Positions 8,246 to 17,735 of a DNA stretch of 64,000 nucleotides are shown one piece after another. Within the stretch, counting starts at the first letter, position 1; every line of letters begins with the position of its first letter. Under the pieces are notes generated by a model. It saw only the letters and a program-made list of their open reading frames with translations. It did not search any database and had not been told where the DNA came from. Location: NCBI GenBank assembly GCA_041644975.1, contig JBAZQX010000007.1:1906-65905 (forward strand), in the 5' to 3' direction. This DNA is from Candidatus Doudnabacteria bacterium (GTDB taxonomy: Bacteria; Patescibacteriota; JAQUNI01). Position numbers and translations under genes: made by a program.

Positions 8246-8767
8246 TTATAGAACTTCAATTTTTATCTGTTTTAAGCCGAACTTTATAGCTTCTCCGCGG
8301 CTCGGCATCCAGAAGTCAACGCGAGTGCTATACCGCGCGTTCATTCGGTCTTGCACCTCAAAGACCTTGTCGCCGTAAAGCTCCGGAACCTTCACTTTGG
8401 TCCCAAAAGGCAAGAAGTTAGTAGCGATAATACCATCGCGAACATACTGACCCGACGCCGTAATAAACGGGGTGGAGTCGCACTGATCCACGGTGGAAGA
8501 ATAAGCCGTGGCGGAAACAATATACGCGCCGGGCTTTGCTTCTCTCCTTGTTCGTTGCGGCGACTTGATAGAAATTATGTTTTTTGACTGATATTCGGCT
8601 AATTTCTGGTCCAATTCCTCTTTAGATAAATACGTCTTATCCTCTAAAGAAATATGGGTTAACGCGCCAGACGCAGGCTCTTCCTTATTCCAATCAAAAG
8701 GACCAAAACCGGCAGTGACTAAAAAGACTGGTAAAATGATGATGAGTCTTTTAAGAATAAACCTCAT
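8246..8767 (-). CDS. 3D domain-containing protein, tandem paralog of 7543-8124
   Basis: VSATAYSSTVDQCDSTPFITASGQYVRDG...FGTKVKVP...FEVQDRMNARYSTRVDFWM. Signal/TM N-terminus. Confidence 0.7.
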   Translation of the reverse strand: MRFILKRLIIILPVFLVTAGFGPFDWNKEEPASGALTHISLEDKTYLSKEELDQKLAEYQSKNIISIKSPQRTRREAKPGAYIVSATAYSSTVDQCDSTPFITASGQYVRDGIIATNFLPFGTKVKVPELYGDKVFEVQDRMNARYSTRVDFWMPSRGEAIKFGLKQIKIEVL

Positions 8768-9110
8768 TAGGCTTAAATTAATGAATCAACTCCCGCCTTA
8801 TAGCCGTAAAAAAGGCCTAGCAAAGCGAGATTTTAGCTAATCTTAGGCAATCCCAAGGAACCGATCCCTTAAGCGCCTAATTTCGCTAAAATAAGGTTAA
8901 ATCTTGTCTTGGATCTGATTAAATTTGGCTTAGATAAGCCAAAATAAAAAAATCCTTGACAGATTTAAGAAATTATTGTAGCATATCTTTTCTTAAAAGT
9001 CAAGGATTGAGCCCCATACAACAAGTTGCCGATTCCGAGGACAAAGTTCCAAGGGTCCAAAAGATCCAAGAAACAAAGTCTAAGAGCTAACCCTTCCTCC
9101 ATCAGGACTT

Positions 9111-9575
9111 TCAGCTTGCGAGCAACGCCGCGGGGTGGTCGTCGCCCCAGCCGCGGCCAAGCCAGCGGTAGCGCCAGGACCACTCGCCGCCAAAGAAATA
9201 GAGGCAACGGACACAGAGGTCGCCATCGGAGTAGCGGTAGATGGTTCCCCAAAAAAAGATATAAAGGATATTGCCATTATCATCTTTTTTCCACTCCTCG
9301 GGAATGAGATGGGGGTGAGTAAGGAGATAATCAAGGACATTAGCGTTCAGAACAGGCATATCCGCCAGTTCTTCGCGGAGTTTGTTGCCCTCAACATACT
9401 TGCCGTCTATCTGGTTTTCGGAAAGATAGAGCTTAACATTGGCAGAATCCCACGCAAACTGTCCACTACTTCCTTTGTCAGTGTAATGTTTCTCAACTTT
9501 CCAACCTGTGGGGAGGAAAGGATCGGCGTCGCAGTCAATAATGTGCTGATTCACATCGAGTATTAAATCACTCAT
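9111..9575 (-). CDS. Hypothetical protein (C-terminal region Trp/Gly/Arg-rich and encoded by a locally GC-rich stretch)
   Basis: ORF of 154 aa. No recognised motif. Confidence 0.45.
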   Translation of the reverse strand: MSDLILDVNQHIIDCDADPFLPTGWKVEKHYTDKGSSGQFAWDSANVKLYLSENQIDGKYVEGNKLREELADMPVLNANVLDYLLTHPHLIPEEWKKDDNGNILYIFFWGTIYRYSDGDLCVRCLYFFGGEWSWRYRWLGRGWGDDHPAALLAS

Positions 9576-9820
9576 TGTTCACTCCTTCTGATTGCAACAA
9601 TGTTCTTGCGAACGATGTTACGGGTTTTTGAACGCTGTTTCTCACCATAAGCAAGCTCAACCACATTGGTTTTGCCACAGTAGGAAAAAGCTCAAAAATG
9701 AGCTACTTTCTGCTATGGCAAATCGCAAATTCGTAAAATCAAGAAAAATACTTCAACCGCCAATTATACATCCAAAGCGACTTTTTGTCAAACACGATTG
9801 CTTAGCCTTCTGTTATCTGT

Positions 9821-10000
9821 TGGCTCCATACTCCCCAAGCGAAGCGAGGGGCTTTGGAGCCTTAAATGCGAAATAGGATTAAAGTTAAATAATATTTTGT
9901 TTTCACGGCTTGCATTATGGCCTGCCCGCCATTGGCTTCGCCAGCAGGCGATGGCAGGCGGGCTCCATAGTCCGCTCTTAGGGCGGAACTATGGAGCCAA
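9821..10000. repeat. Two family F palindromic hairpins (GGCTCCATAGT...ACTATGGAGCC) with an intervening GCCTGCCCGCCAT...GATGGCAGGCGGGC palindrome
   Basis: Copies at 9821-9861 and 9958-10000. A third copy lies at 19315-19350. Confidence 0.6.
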
Positions 10001-10079
10001 TAAACTTAAATAGCGTATTTTGCAAAGTAAAACCGCAAAGTTCCAAAACACGCCCCATTTAGGAGCGTGTTTTTAGTTG

Positions 10080-10151
10080 AGCGGGTGAGCGGAATTGAAC
10101 CGCCTTCTCATCCTTGGCAAGGATGTATAATAACCGTTATACGACACCCGC
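10080..10151 (-). tRNA. tRNA-Gly(GCC)
   Basis: GCGGGTG acceptor, anticodon loop TTGCCAA, T-arm GGCGGTTCAATTCCGCT, discriminator U. Confidence 0.85.
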
Positions 10152-10154
10152 AGG

Positions 10155-10823
10155 TTAGATTAATTTTTCTAATCCTAATATCCAACCTTTGATTTTATTA
10201 ATTAACTCCATGTGAGACACCGAGACCCTCAATGTGCCATAAGGCAGACGATTGATAGTGCGTTTCCCTTTACTAGATGGAGTAACGCGAGAATAAGTTT
10301 TTAAAAATTGATTCTTGGGAATACGAGTTATTTTGGACCAATAATTAACCGCTCCCTCTGCGGTAACATTCGGATGAATCTGCACTGCAGCGAAAAATCT
10401 ATCTTCTCGAACATGGCAAATCTCTCGAAAAAACCTCATCATTAACTTGATCATACCGGGATCAGCATTAGAGAAATCCACGCGCCATCTTGATCGTTTA
10501 TGCCCTTCTGCCCAGTATAAAGCCACGCCTACTAAAAATAGTTCTCTTTTGGACAACTTATGAATATCTTGAGAGGCTAGATATTGTATCTTTTCCGCTC
10601 TCTCCTGCGCAAGCATGGCCCTTTTCTTATTAAATTGCGTTATATTATATGCCCATTTTCTGCGCGTTTTATGCCAAAACTTCTTTTTAATCCCAACAGG
10701 CATCTCAACATCCTTTAACCAATAAGAAAGGGTGCTCTTGGGGACTCCCAAAATTTGATTTATTTCATTATAACTCTTACCCTGTTTTCGCAACAAAGTT
10801 GCGGAATATTGCTTTGCCTTCAT
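10155..10823 (-). CDS. HTH domain-containing protein of unknown function; stop codon 4 nt from the tRNA-Gly 5' end
   Basis: N-terminal SYNEINQILGVPKSTLSYWLK helix-turn-helix. The rest is unassigned. Confidence 0.55.
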   Translation of the reverse strand: MKAKQYSATLLRKQGKSYNEINQILGVPKSTLSYWLKDVEMPVGIKKKFWHKTRRKWAYNITQFNKKRAMLAQERAEKIQYLASQDIHKLSKRELFLVGVALYWAEGHKRSRWRVDFSNADPGMIKLMMRFFREICHVREDRFFAAVQIHPNVTAEGAVNYWSKITRIPKNQFLKTYSRVTPSSKGKRTINRLPYGTLRVSVSHMELINKIKGWILGLEKLI

Positions 10824-10895
10824 TATATTGAACCAATGACAATATAACTTTATTGTATCCCATTAGTTCAATACTGTAAAAAAACATATTGACGG

Positions 10896-11231
10896 TGCCG
10901 GGGGAGAGAATCGGACTCTCGACACGATGATTTTCCATTGCTCTCTCGGATTTCTCCGAGGATTGGACTATCTCTTCTCCTCACCTAGAAATAACAAATT
11001 CTCTTTAGGTGAGGGGCTGGGCGCTTAATGCAGGATTATTATTGGGATTCACCCGCTAGTCTCTACACCTTCTCCTCTAATTAAACCCATAAAGGAGCTT
11101 GGCTCGGGATTACCATATCCCTTTGAATAAAAGGATTTAGGCTTCCCCGAATTCACCCAGTTTGCGCTTCCATATCGCTATGAAAGGGACCGAAAATTCA
11201 GTCATCTGCTCTACCACTGAGCTACCCCGGC
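10896..11231 (-). tRNA. tRNA-Phe(GAA) interrupted in the anticodon loop by a ~264-nt group I intron
   Basis: 5' exon GCCGGGGTAGCTCAGTGGTAGAGCAGATGACT; 3' exon GAAAATCATCGTGTCGAGAGTCCGATTCTCTCCCCCGGCA. Joined, they give a canonical Phe tRNA with GATGA/TCATC anticodon stem, loop CTGAAAA and A73. Confidence 0.7.
10936..11199 (-). ncRNA. Group I intron within tRNA-Phe (boundaries +/-3 nt because of GAA repeats at both junctions)
   Basis: Contains an R-like element (gtagAGACTAgcgg) and an S-like element (aagAGATAGTCCaatcc) that can pair as P7. The 5' exon ends in U and the intron ends in G. Confidence 0.6.
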
Positions 11232-11236
11232 AAGTT

Positions 11237-11365
11237 GGTAATCAGTAATTAGTAATTGGTAATTAGGGTAAACCCCGCACCGTCCGCCTTTGGCGGACTG
11301 GTGCGTGGGTAAACTCGCCCTTTGGGCGAGAAATTCCTGATTACTAGTTACTGATTACCGATTAC
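11237..11365. repeat. Family G element: inverted arms of degenerate taat-cag/tag/tgg heptamer-like repeats around a GC hairpin (ccgcaccgtccgcctttggcggactggtgcg)
   Basis: ggtaatcagtaattagtaattggtaattag ... ctgattactagttactgattaccgattactaattac. The second copy is at 60340-60442. Confidence 0.65.
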
Positions 11366-13104
11366 TAATTACTATTTCCTAACCCATTAACATAAACATA
11401 ATATCCTAAACTACCCAGGTTGTAAACCTTTAAATTGTAGTATGCCCCTCCTTTTCCCCAATCTTTCATAAACCCCCAGCCATTCCAAGAAAGAACATTT
11501 AAATTTTGGGAGATTTTACTTTCAGGATGCTCGTATGTTCCTTCCAAAGCGACCAGTTCCGATTTCTGATCCTTATTGAAATCTCCCGCCTCAATCTCTA
11601 AAAGAGGTTTGTCTAAAATTGACGAGCCCCAGATTAAATCAAGCTTTTCTTTTTTCAAATTATATAAAAACAAGTGGCTTCCCCAATGCTCTTTGTTTTC
11701 CGCATTCGCGAGGGGCGAGTTCTCCGCGTAATCCCCCTTTTTCCATAGGGCTAAAGCAAGGTCGGGTTTAGCGTCGCCGTTAAAATCGCCAACCGTATAA
11801 TCATTAACCACCCAAGCGGGATCGCTTTCCCAAATCTTTGTTTCATTTTGAAAAACTTTAACCAAGCCTTGATCCAAAATAATCTTTTCTTCTTTAGTGT
11901 CCTGATCTAAATCTTGATTAAGGAGAGAAGGAATCCCCGCAAAGACGACCCCGCTTTTCAAGCCCAAACTTGTTTCTTCTTGGTACGCTCCATTTTGAAA
12001 AGAAAAGGAAGGCTGTTCGTCTAAAGCAATGCCCAACATTTTAAGGAGCCTATTCTGTTCGCTTGGAGAAACAAACTGGGGCTGACTGTAATCAAAAATT
12101 TTGACGGGTAAAAAATTCAGCTCTACTACGCCATCGCGGTCCAGATAGATGTCCGCGACCATCCCCTCCCGCGTCTCCTCGCTCCACATCTGGTCAAAAA
12201 CAAAATTGCCTAAAGAATAGATAATATACTTGCCTTTATATTTTTCCACGGTCTGAAACCAATGCGGATGATGGCCGATCACTAAATCCGCGCCCGCGTC
12301 AATCGCTTGGCGGGCAAAAGCGATTTGCCCCGCGTTGGGAGCGCGCTTATACTCTGTGCCCGCGTGCATAGAAATAATTACCAAATCCGCTTCTTTTTTC
12401 GCCTTTCCTAAATCACTTTTTAAATCCTCTGTGTTCATTATCGCCGCGCCGGCGTTATTCTCCTTGGCTTCGGTGTTGCCAGCGTAAGTATAAGCTAAGA
12501 AGGCAATTTTAAGATTATTTCTTTCCACTATTGCCGCTTGATGCGCCGTTTCGCGATTTAATCCAGCGCCAACGCCTTGAATGCCCTCTTGCTCCAATAA
12601 TTCCAAAGTTTTTTTAAGACCTTTATCCCCTTGGTTCATAATATGGTTATTGGCTAGGGATAAAACATCAAAACCGACCTTGGTCAGCGCTCCCGCGCAT
12701 TCCGGATCCGCGCGAAAAACCATACTGGGAGTACGCACGGGCTCACCAGCAAGGAGGGGCGACTCTAAATTGCCGAAAGTGATATCGGCATTTTGCAAAA
12801 ATTGCCCCATTTTCCGGAAAGGATATTGATAATCATTATATTCCACCATCTTTTGGCCTACATTGCGCGAAAGCATCATATCGCCCACTGCCACGAGATG
12901 GACCAAAGGCTTCGCGGGAACAGGAAGACTCGGCTTTTCTAACACTGCTTCACTTTCCTCTTTGACTTCCGCGGACAGAGGCAATCTTTTTCGGCTCTCT
13001 TTAAAGTAAGTGAACGGCTCGTTAATAGGCAAAATTCTAAAAAGCGCCACCCCAATGATGACAATAAGCGGAACTATAAACCAGAATAAAATTTTGGAAA
13101 ACAT
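11365..13104 (-). CDS. CapA family protein (poly-gamma-glutamate/capsule biosynthesis metallophosphatase domain) with C-terminal repeat domain
   Basis: N-terminal TM segment. VAVGDMM...LVIGHHPHWFQ metallophosphatase motifs. C-terminal FG-GAP-like GDFNGD repeats. Confidence 0.8.
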   Translation of the reverse strand: MFSKILFWFIVPLIVIIGVALFRILPINEPFTYFKESRKRLPLSAEVKEESEAVLEKPSLPVPAKPLVHLVAVGDMMLSRNVGQKMVEYNDYQYPFRKMGQFLQNADITFGNLESPLLAGEPVRTPSMVFRADPECAGALTKVGFDVLSLANNHIMNQGDKGLKKTLELLEQEGIQGVGAGLNRETAHQAAIVERNNLKIAFLAYTYAGNTEAKENNAGAAIMNTEDLKSDLGKAKKEADLVIISMHAGTEYKRAPNAGQIAFARQAIDAGADLVIGHHPHWFQTVEKYKGKYIIYSLGNFVFDQMWSEETREGMVADIYLDRDGVVELNFLPVKIFDYSQPQFVSPSEQNRLLKMLGIALDEQPSFSFQNGAYQEETSLGLKSGVVFAGIPSLLNQDLDQDTKEEKIILDQGLVKVFQNETKIWESDPAWVVNDYTVGDFNGDAKPDLALALWKKGDYAENSPLANAENKEHWGSHLFLYNLKKEKLDLIWGSSILDKPLLEIEAGDFNKDQKSELVALEGTYEHPESKISQNLNVLSWNGWGFMKDWGKGGAYYNLKVYNLGSLGYYVYVNGLGNSN

Positions 13105-13354
13105 AAAAAATAAATCAAAAATCAGATATCCCCGGCCCGCCCCGTAGTAGAGAATCTCACTACAGGGCCCGCCTCGCGTTAAATATAGTCTATCAATAAT
13201 TACTCATTTATATCTCTTGAAATAACATCAATTGGCAGACAAGTTAAAGGCGAGCGGGGCAGGCAAAATGCAAAATGACGGATTAAAATTCAAAAAGAAT
13301 TAAAATTTTTACATTTTACATTTTCATTTTGATTTTTGATTTTTACATTTTGAT

Positions 13355-15694
13355 TTATTCGGCAATAAAACTCTCCGTCCATTTCGGCAAACTCGGCATC
13401 TTCTGACTACTTTCGCCGGATAAAATCTTCCACCATTCTTCGTCTGTTAAACGATTAGATAAAGGCTGTAGAAATTCATAATGAGAATAAATCCCTCCCT
13501 TCGCGATTTTCAGTTTACCTTCCACGGGCGCCACCACATAGATAGGAAAAATATTACCCGTGGCTTCTTCCAGCACGACGCCGTTCGGGTCAGTGGCAAC
13601 ATCGGCGACAAGCGCTCCAGGATGATCATCTACCTCGCTCGCGCTTTGGACATTCATATCCTTCATCACAGAGAGCCAAAGATGCTCCAGCTCCCCGCCG
13701 TAAAAACGGATAAAATTATACTCTTCCTCGGACAAACCCTTGCCTTCCAATTCTTTTTCCGCGATAATTTTGAGTTGATCCGCGATTTCTTTTAACTTAT
13801 TAATACTCTCCCCCTGTTCCTCTGATAAAATCCCGCGCGTTTCCAGACCATCCGAAAGCATCTTGGCTAGACCAGCTAACCTTGCGTAGACCTCTGGTTC
13901 GGGCTCCACATAGCCGCGGTCGTCATACTCTTCCGGGGGCCCTGCGCCCATTTCGGCATAAACCTGCTTGGCATAAAGAATCGTATCATGCTTTAATTCT
14001 GTCCAAGACCCAAGATAGCCGTTCAAATTCTTCCTTGTCCAAGCTTCATTTTGCATAAACTTAGGGTACCCTTCTCCCTTAGCAAGTAATATTGGATTTA
14101 AGGAATAAAGCCAGCCCCAATAAAGATTCTGGGTCCAAATTTTTTGGTCAAGACCTGCTAAATATTCACGCATCTTGCGCATATTTTCAGGATAATTCTG
14201 GTAATCATCCGCTCCACCTGCTTTTAAAATGCTGTATGCCTCCTCGCTACCCAAAGCCGCTGGAATATCCAACCCCTCCGGCAGCATCCTTCGCTGACCC
14301 TTTTTGTTTTCCTTAACCTCGCGGTAAATCAGTCTTTGGAAAATAGAGGCGTCAATCGTAAATCGCTGACCCATCACACGGAAACCCTTAATCTCTTCCT
14401 CGCGATCCGGATTAATTGATTCATCAAAAATAGGCATTGAGTTAATCTGTGGCGGCGCTAGCTCCTTGGCTTGTCCCATAAAAATAATGAAGTTGTCTTG
14501 CGAGAGCAATTTATCCAGATTAATATCATCGCCATAAACCCGCTTTAAAATCTCTAAATATTGGTAAAAAGTGATGTCGTCCGATTTACCGACAAAGAAG
14601 TTAGTCGGCTCGTAAATCTTCTCCCAATTCGTGAAATTCGCTTCTTTTTGACCTAAGGCTAAACTTGCCAAAATCGCGGAGCGGGTTTCATCCTCGCTTT
14701 TTTGCCTGAAGGTCATCCGACCATACCACATCATTGTTTTAAAATATCTTTGCAAATCTTCGGACTTGGAGTAATGACCGCGCGGAATATATTGCGAATA
14801 ATCTTCCCTATAATCAGCGCTATCCTGACCCTTATTCATTAAGGGCGACTCTGTAATACCCTCGCGCTTCTCTATGAGATTTAGCTCCTCCCCCACCACA
14901 TCCGCAACCTCTCCCCCCACCGGCGCCGCGGGTTCTAATAGTTTCGTGGCAATCGTGAAAAAGGCAACGTTGCGCAAAGCCGCGCTTTCCCAAGCCGTCC
15001 CGCGCAAAGCCTCTAATTGCGTTTCCGAAGCAGCGAGCATTCCGGCATCAAGTTCCCGCAGGGCTTGAATCAGCTTCTCCTCCTCTAATTTTTTCAAACT
15101 ATAGTCAAAGAGAAGGTGAAAATTGTGCAAAACCGAATCCACGGTAATGAAATTGGGCACAGAATCGTAGCGGTTGTTTTCATAAATCTGAAAGAACTCC
15201 TTATAGCTCCCTTCTGTGACCGCAAAAGCATTCTTTTCCAATAAATTCTGCGCCGCCGCGGTTAATTCGCTAAACTGCTCTTTATTTTCCACATTTTCTA
15301 AATCCTTTTCTATTTTGTAAGAAGCCACTTTCGGCGTTACGCTTACTTTTTCCGCCTCAAAGCTCGCGAAATTCTGCGCCGCCGCGCCTTTCACCTGCAC
15401 CAAACTCCCAATATTACTCTTAAAATCAAGGGCAGTGGCTGGCTTTTTTTCTTCTCCTTTGGCTTTAAAATAGCGATTATAGGCAACATAGCCCCCAGCC
15501 GAAACCGCAGCTAAAAATACCACAGCCGCCGCAGCGATTGCCCACCAGAACCATCTTTTTTTCGGAGAAGGCTCTGCTGGCAAAAGAGAGCTTATCTTAA
15601 GAGGGCTCTCCGACTCATTCGGGCTATCGCTTGTGGATTCTTGCTTGATCAATTCTTCTTTAGGTTGTTCTAAGGGAGTTTTTGTTTGTTTCAT
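13355..15694 (-). CDS. Large membrane-anchored hypothetical protein (779 aa)
   Basis: N-terminal TM helix (WFWWAIAAAAVVFLAAV) followed by a large extracytoplasmic domain. Family unassigned. Confidence 0.6.
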   Translation of the reverse strand: MKQTKTPLEQPKEELIKQESTSDSPNESESPLKISSLLPAEPSPKKRWFWWAIAAAAVVFLAAVSAGGYVAYNRYFKAKGEEKKPATALDFKSNIGSLVQVKGAAAQNFASFEAEKVSVTPKVASYKIEKDLENVENKEQFSELTAAAQNLLEKNAFAVTEGSYKEFFQIYENNRYDSVPNFITVDSVLHNFHLLFDYSLKKLEEEKLIQALRELDAGMLAASETQLEALRGTAWESAALRNVAFFTIATKLLEPAAPVGGEVADVVGEELNLIEKREGITESPLMNKGQDSADYREDYSQYIPRGHYSKSEDLQRYFKTMMWYGRMTFRQKSEDETRSAILASLALGQKEANFTNWEKIYEPTNFFVGKSDDITFYQYLEILKRVYGDDINLDKLLSQDNFIIFMGQAKELAPPQINSMPIFDESINPDREEEIKGFRVMGQRFTIDASIFQRLIYREVKENKKGQRRMLPEGLDIPAALGSEEAYSILKAGGADDYQNYPENMRKMREYLAGLDQKIWTQNLYWGWLYSLNPILLAKGEGYPKFMQNEAWTRKNLNGYLGSWTELKHDTILYAKQVYAEMGAGPPEEYDDRGYVEPEPEVYARLAGLAKMLSDGLETRGILSEEQGESINKLKEIADQLKIIAEKELEGKGLSEEEYNFIRFYGGELEHLWLSVMKDMNVQSASEVDDHPGALVADVATDPNGVVLEEATGNIFPIYVVAPVEGKLKIAKGGIYSHYEFLQPLSNRLTDEEWWKILSGESSQKMPSLPKWTESFIAE

Positions 15695-15876
15695 ATTTTT
15701 TTTATTTTATTTAAAACATTTAATGCCGCGAAGCGTTGCAATGTAGAGACGTTGCGATGCAACGTCTCTACAATCATTATAATCTCTCTACCATTTAAAG
15801 GCAACGAAAAAGGGATTATTTAAAATTTTGATTTCCTCTCCCTTAAGAATTATGGTAGAATAATAATATCTTTACC

Positions 15877-16038
15877 TTGAATTACGAAATTAGAGCACAA
15901 GTAACCCACCCCCGCCCGCCTCGCCTGAAGCGAAGCTTGTGAGCGGGCAGGCCTTCCCTCCTCTTCAAGAGGCGAGGGGGCATTAATTCCCCCCTGACAA
16001 AGTGATTACATAATCTAATCGCACATTTCGTAATTCAA
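15877..16038. repeat. MITE-like element with GAATTACGAAAT / ATTTCGTAATTC terminal inverted repeats and a family B GC-rich core
   Basis: Termini at 15877-15890 and 16025-16038. The core is cccgcccgcctcgcctgaagcg. Confidence 0.7.
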
Positions 16039-16071
16039 GAATCTTTATATTATTTAAAGACAACAAAACAA

Positions 16072-16596
16072 ATGAAGTACAATCTCAAAACCATCTTGTT
16101 CTTTCTTTTGATGTCATCCGCTGTCATTTTAGTCTCCTCCCCTGTCGCCCAAGCCGTCTGCCCAGTCTGCACGATCGCGGTTTGCAGCGCCGTGGGCTTG
16201 TCGCGCTGGCTCAAAATTGATGATTCCATTACCGGCTTATGGATAGGCGGCTTAACCGTTTCTTTAATCGTTTGGACCGTAACTTGGCTCCGTAAAAAAA
16301 ATTGGCGATTTCCGGGTATGCCCATTGCGGTCGCTCTCATATATTATTTAACTGTTTGCTTGACCCTCTACTTTGCGAAATTTTTAGGTCAGCCCGCCAA
16401 TTGTTTCTGGGGCGTAGATAAGTTGTTATGGGGCATCATGATCGGCAGTATCTTTTTTTCTGCCGGCGCTTATTTTTATTCTTATCTGAAGAAAAAAAAT
16501 GGCGGCAAAGCCTATTTTCCTTTCCAGAAAGTGGTGATGCCGATTATTCCGCTTTTAATTTTAAGCGTAATTTTTTATCTTTTAACCAAAAAATAG
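16072..16596 (+). CDS. Hypothetical integral membrane protein with N-terminal CxxC pair
   Basis: Signal peptide, CPVCTIAVC and four predicted TM helices. Confidence 0.55.
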   Translation: MKYNLKTILFFLLMSSAVILVSSPVAQAVCPVCTIAVCSAVGLSRWLKIDDSITGLWIGGLTVSLIVWTVTWLRKKNWRFPGMPIAVALIYYLTVCLTLYFAKFLGQPANCFWGVDKLLWGIMIGSIFFSAGAYFYSYLKKKNGGKAYFPFQKVVMPIIPLLILSVIFYLLTKK

Positions 16597-16604
16597 GGTT
16601 TATT

Positions 16605-16747
16605 TGTCATTGCGAGCAGTTCCTTGCACTCCTCCTGCACTGAGCGGGAAGGCAAGAGGGGAAGGGAGTGGCCCTCCCCCTGCCCGAGAGGGAGATGGAG
16701 GGGGAGGGAGAAGAAAGACCCCGCCCCGCTTTGCTCGCAACGACGGT
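16605..16747. repeat. Family A-type palindromic element (GTCATTGCGAG...CTCGCAACGAC) with G/C-rich interior
   Basis: Inverted termini. The interior is ggaagggagtggccctccccc. Confidence 0.65.
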
Positions 16748-16754
16748 CATATCT

Positions 16755-17288
16755 ATGCCTACACCCGATATTGAAAAATTAAACCAATTTATTCAAAAAG
16801 TGGACCAGATGAAAAAACAGGAAAAGATGGATCTCTCATCGGATCAGGATTTAAGTTTGGCGATTATGAACTTGGTGAGTATTGAGGAGCATTTCTTCTT
16901 CACAGGCGCGAAAACAGGCAGAACCGAATATTATGACTTGATTTCCGAGGTAAGGGAAATGCGCAAGGAACTTTTAAAAAAAATCATCAAGGAATACGAG
17001 GGTGAAATCTGGTGCATTTCCAAGCATCTCCTCGCCGCTTCCATGCGTTTAATGGAGGTGGGAACAAAACAGCTCGGGATAGGACGCAAGGAAGAAGCTT
17101 ATGATTTATTTGATAAGGCTTACAAACTTTATTCCCTCTTTTGGGGCTTAAATATGAAATTGATGAAAACCGAGGATTTAAAAAAAATTGACGCGAACGC
17201 GCTCAACAAGCACGACAAAGAGAAAAAAGGATTCTTGGGCAAACTCGGAGATTTAGTTAAAAAAGTGGTTGATTGCTGTATTGAATAA
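16755..17288 (+). CDS. Hypothetical protein; the annotated ORF start at 16668 lies inside the repeat, so the real start is probably the Met at 16755
   Basis: The first 29 codons (MALPLPEREMEGEGEERPRP...) are repeat-derived. Confidence 0.5.
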   Translation: MPTPDIEKLNQFIQKVDQMKKQEKMDLSSDQDLSLAIMNLVSIEEHFFFTGAKTGRTEYYDLISEVREMRKELLKKIIKEYEGEIWCISKHLLAASMRLMEVGTKQLGIGRKEEAYDLFDKAYKLYSLFWGLNMKLMKTEDLKKIDANALNKHDKEKKGFLGKLGDLVKKVVDCCIE

Positions 17289-17318
17289 AAAAAACATCAT
17301 AAAGATTAACTAAAATCT

Positions 17319-17447
17319 ATGCCGAACACCCCAACCGAACCAACACCGCCAGGAAAATCACATCCTCGCTTTACTTACATTTTTTGGCGGTTAATTGTGC
17401 CAATCGTTGTCCTCGGTACCCTAGCCTTGATCTTTTGGTTGAAATAA
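17319..17447 (+). CDS. Possible small membrane protein (42 aa)
   Basis: MPNTPTEPTPPGKSHPRFTYIFWRLIVPIVVLGTLALIFWLK, followed by a terminator. Confidence 0.25.
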   Translation: MPNTPTEPTPPGKSHPRFTYIFWRLIVPIVVLGTLALIFWLK

Positions 17448-17469
17448 AGACTAAAATAGATCAAATAAA

Positions 17470-17507
17470 AACAGATTACTTATTTTCAAAGTAATCTGTT
17501 TTTTTGT
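17470..17507 (+). terminator. Rho-independent terminator
   Basis: cagattactt...aagtaatctg hairpin followed by ttttttt. Confidence 0.55.
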
Positions 17508-17735
17508 TGTCTTGCCCGTCTTTGGCAGTAAATTCTCTTCAGCTTCATCTAGATTTAGAAAAAAAGAAGGGCGGTTTTTAGATTTCTCTCGCCGCCCCCA
17601 GTATTGGAATGAACAAAGTCATTCTTCTATTTACCTTTCCTCTGAAATAGGAGGAAATTTTGGCTTGACTTCCAGCTTGTTCTATGGTACTCTACACAGT
17701 TGTTCTTTACTAACTATACGAAAGGGGTGTGCACC

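Noticed and set aside
8965-9030. Sigma70-like promoter TTGACAG-17-TAGCAT on the plus strand at ~8962-8992
   Set aside because: No convincing downstream plus-strand gene. The -10 is weak; not reported as a feature.
9026-9307. ORF 9026-9307 (+), an Arg-rich 93-aa ORF overlapping 9111-9575 (-); also 8965-9252 (-) and 9135-9566 (+)
   Set aside because: Extremely basic, low-complexity translations arise from a GC-rich stretch. The opposite-strand ORF 9111-9575 has more protein-like composition and is preferred.
10155-10823. LAGLIDADG homing endonuclease assignment for the HTH protein next to tRNA-Gly (motif LFLVGVALYWAEGHK)
   Set aside because: The spacing does not fit the LAGLIDADG consensus (two extra residues, no DG pair). 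Only the N-terminal HTH is supportable from sequence alone.
10896-11231. tmRNA (ssrA), because of the tRNA-like 5' acceptor/D-arm and 3' T-arm/acceptor separated by ~260 nt
   Set aside because: The two ends reconstitute a complete canonical tRNA-Phe including an anticodon stem. tmRNA lacks an anticodon arm and has a reduced D-arm. No in-frame tag-peptide ORF or resume codon was evident, whereas the interior carries group I R/S-like elements.
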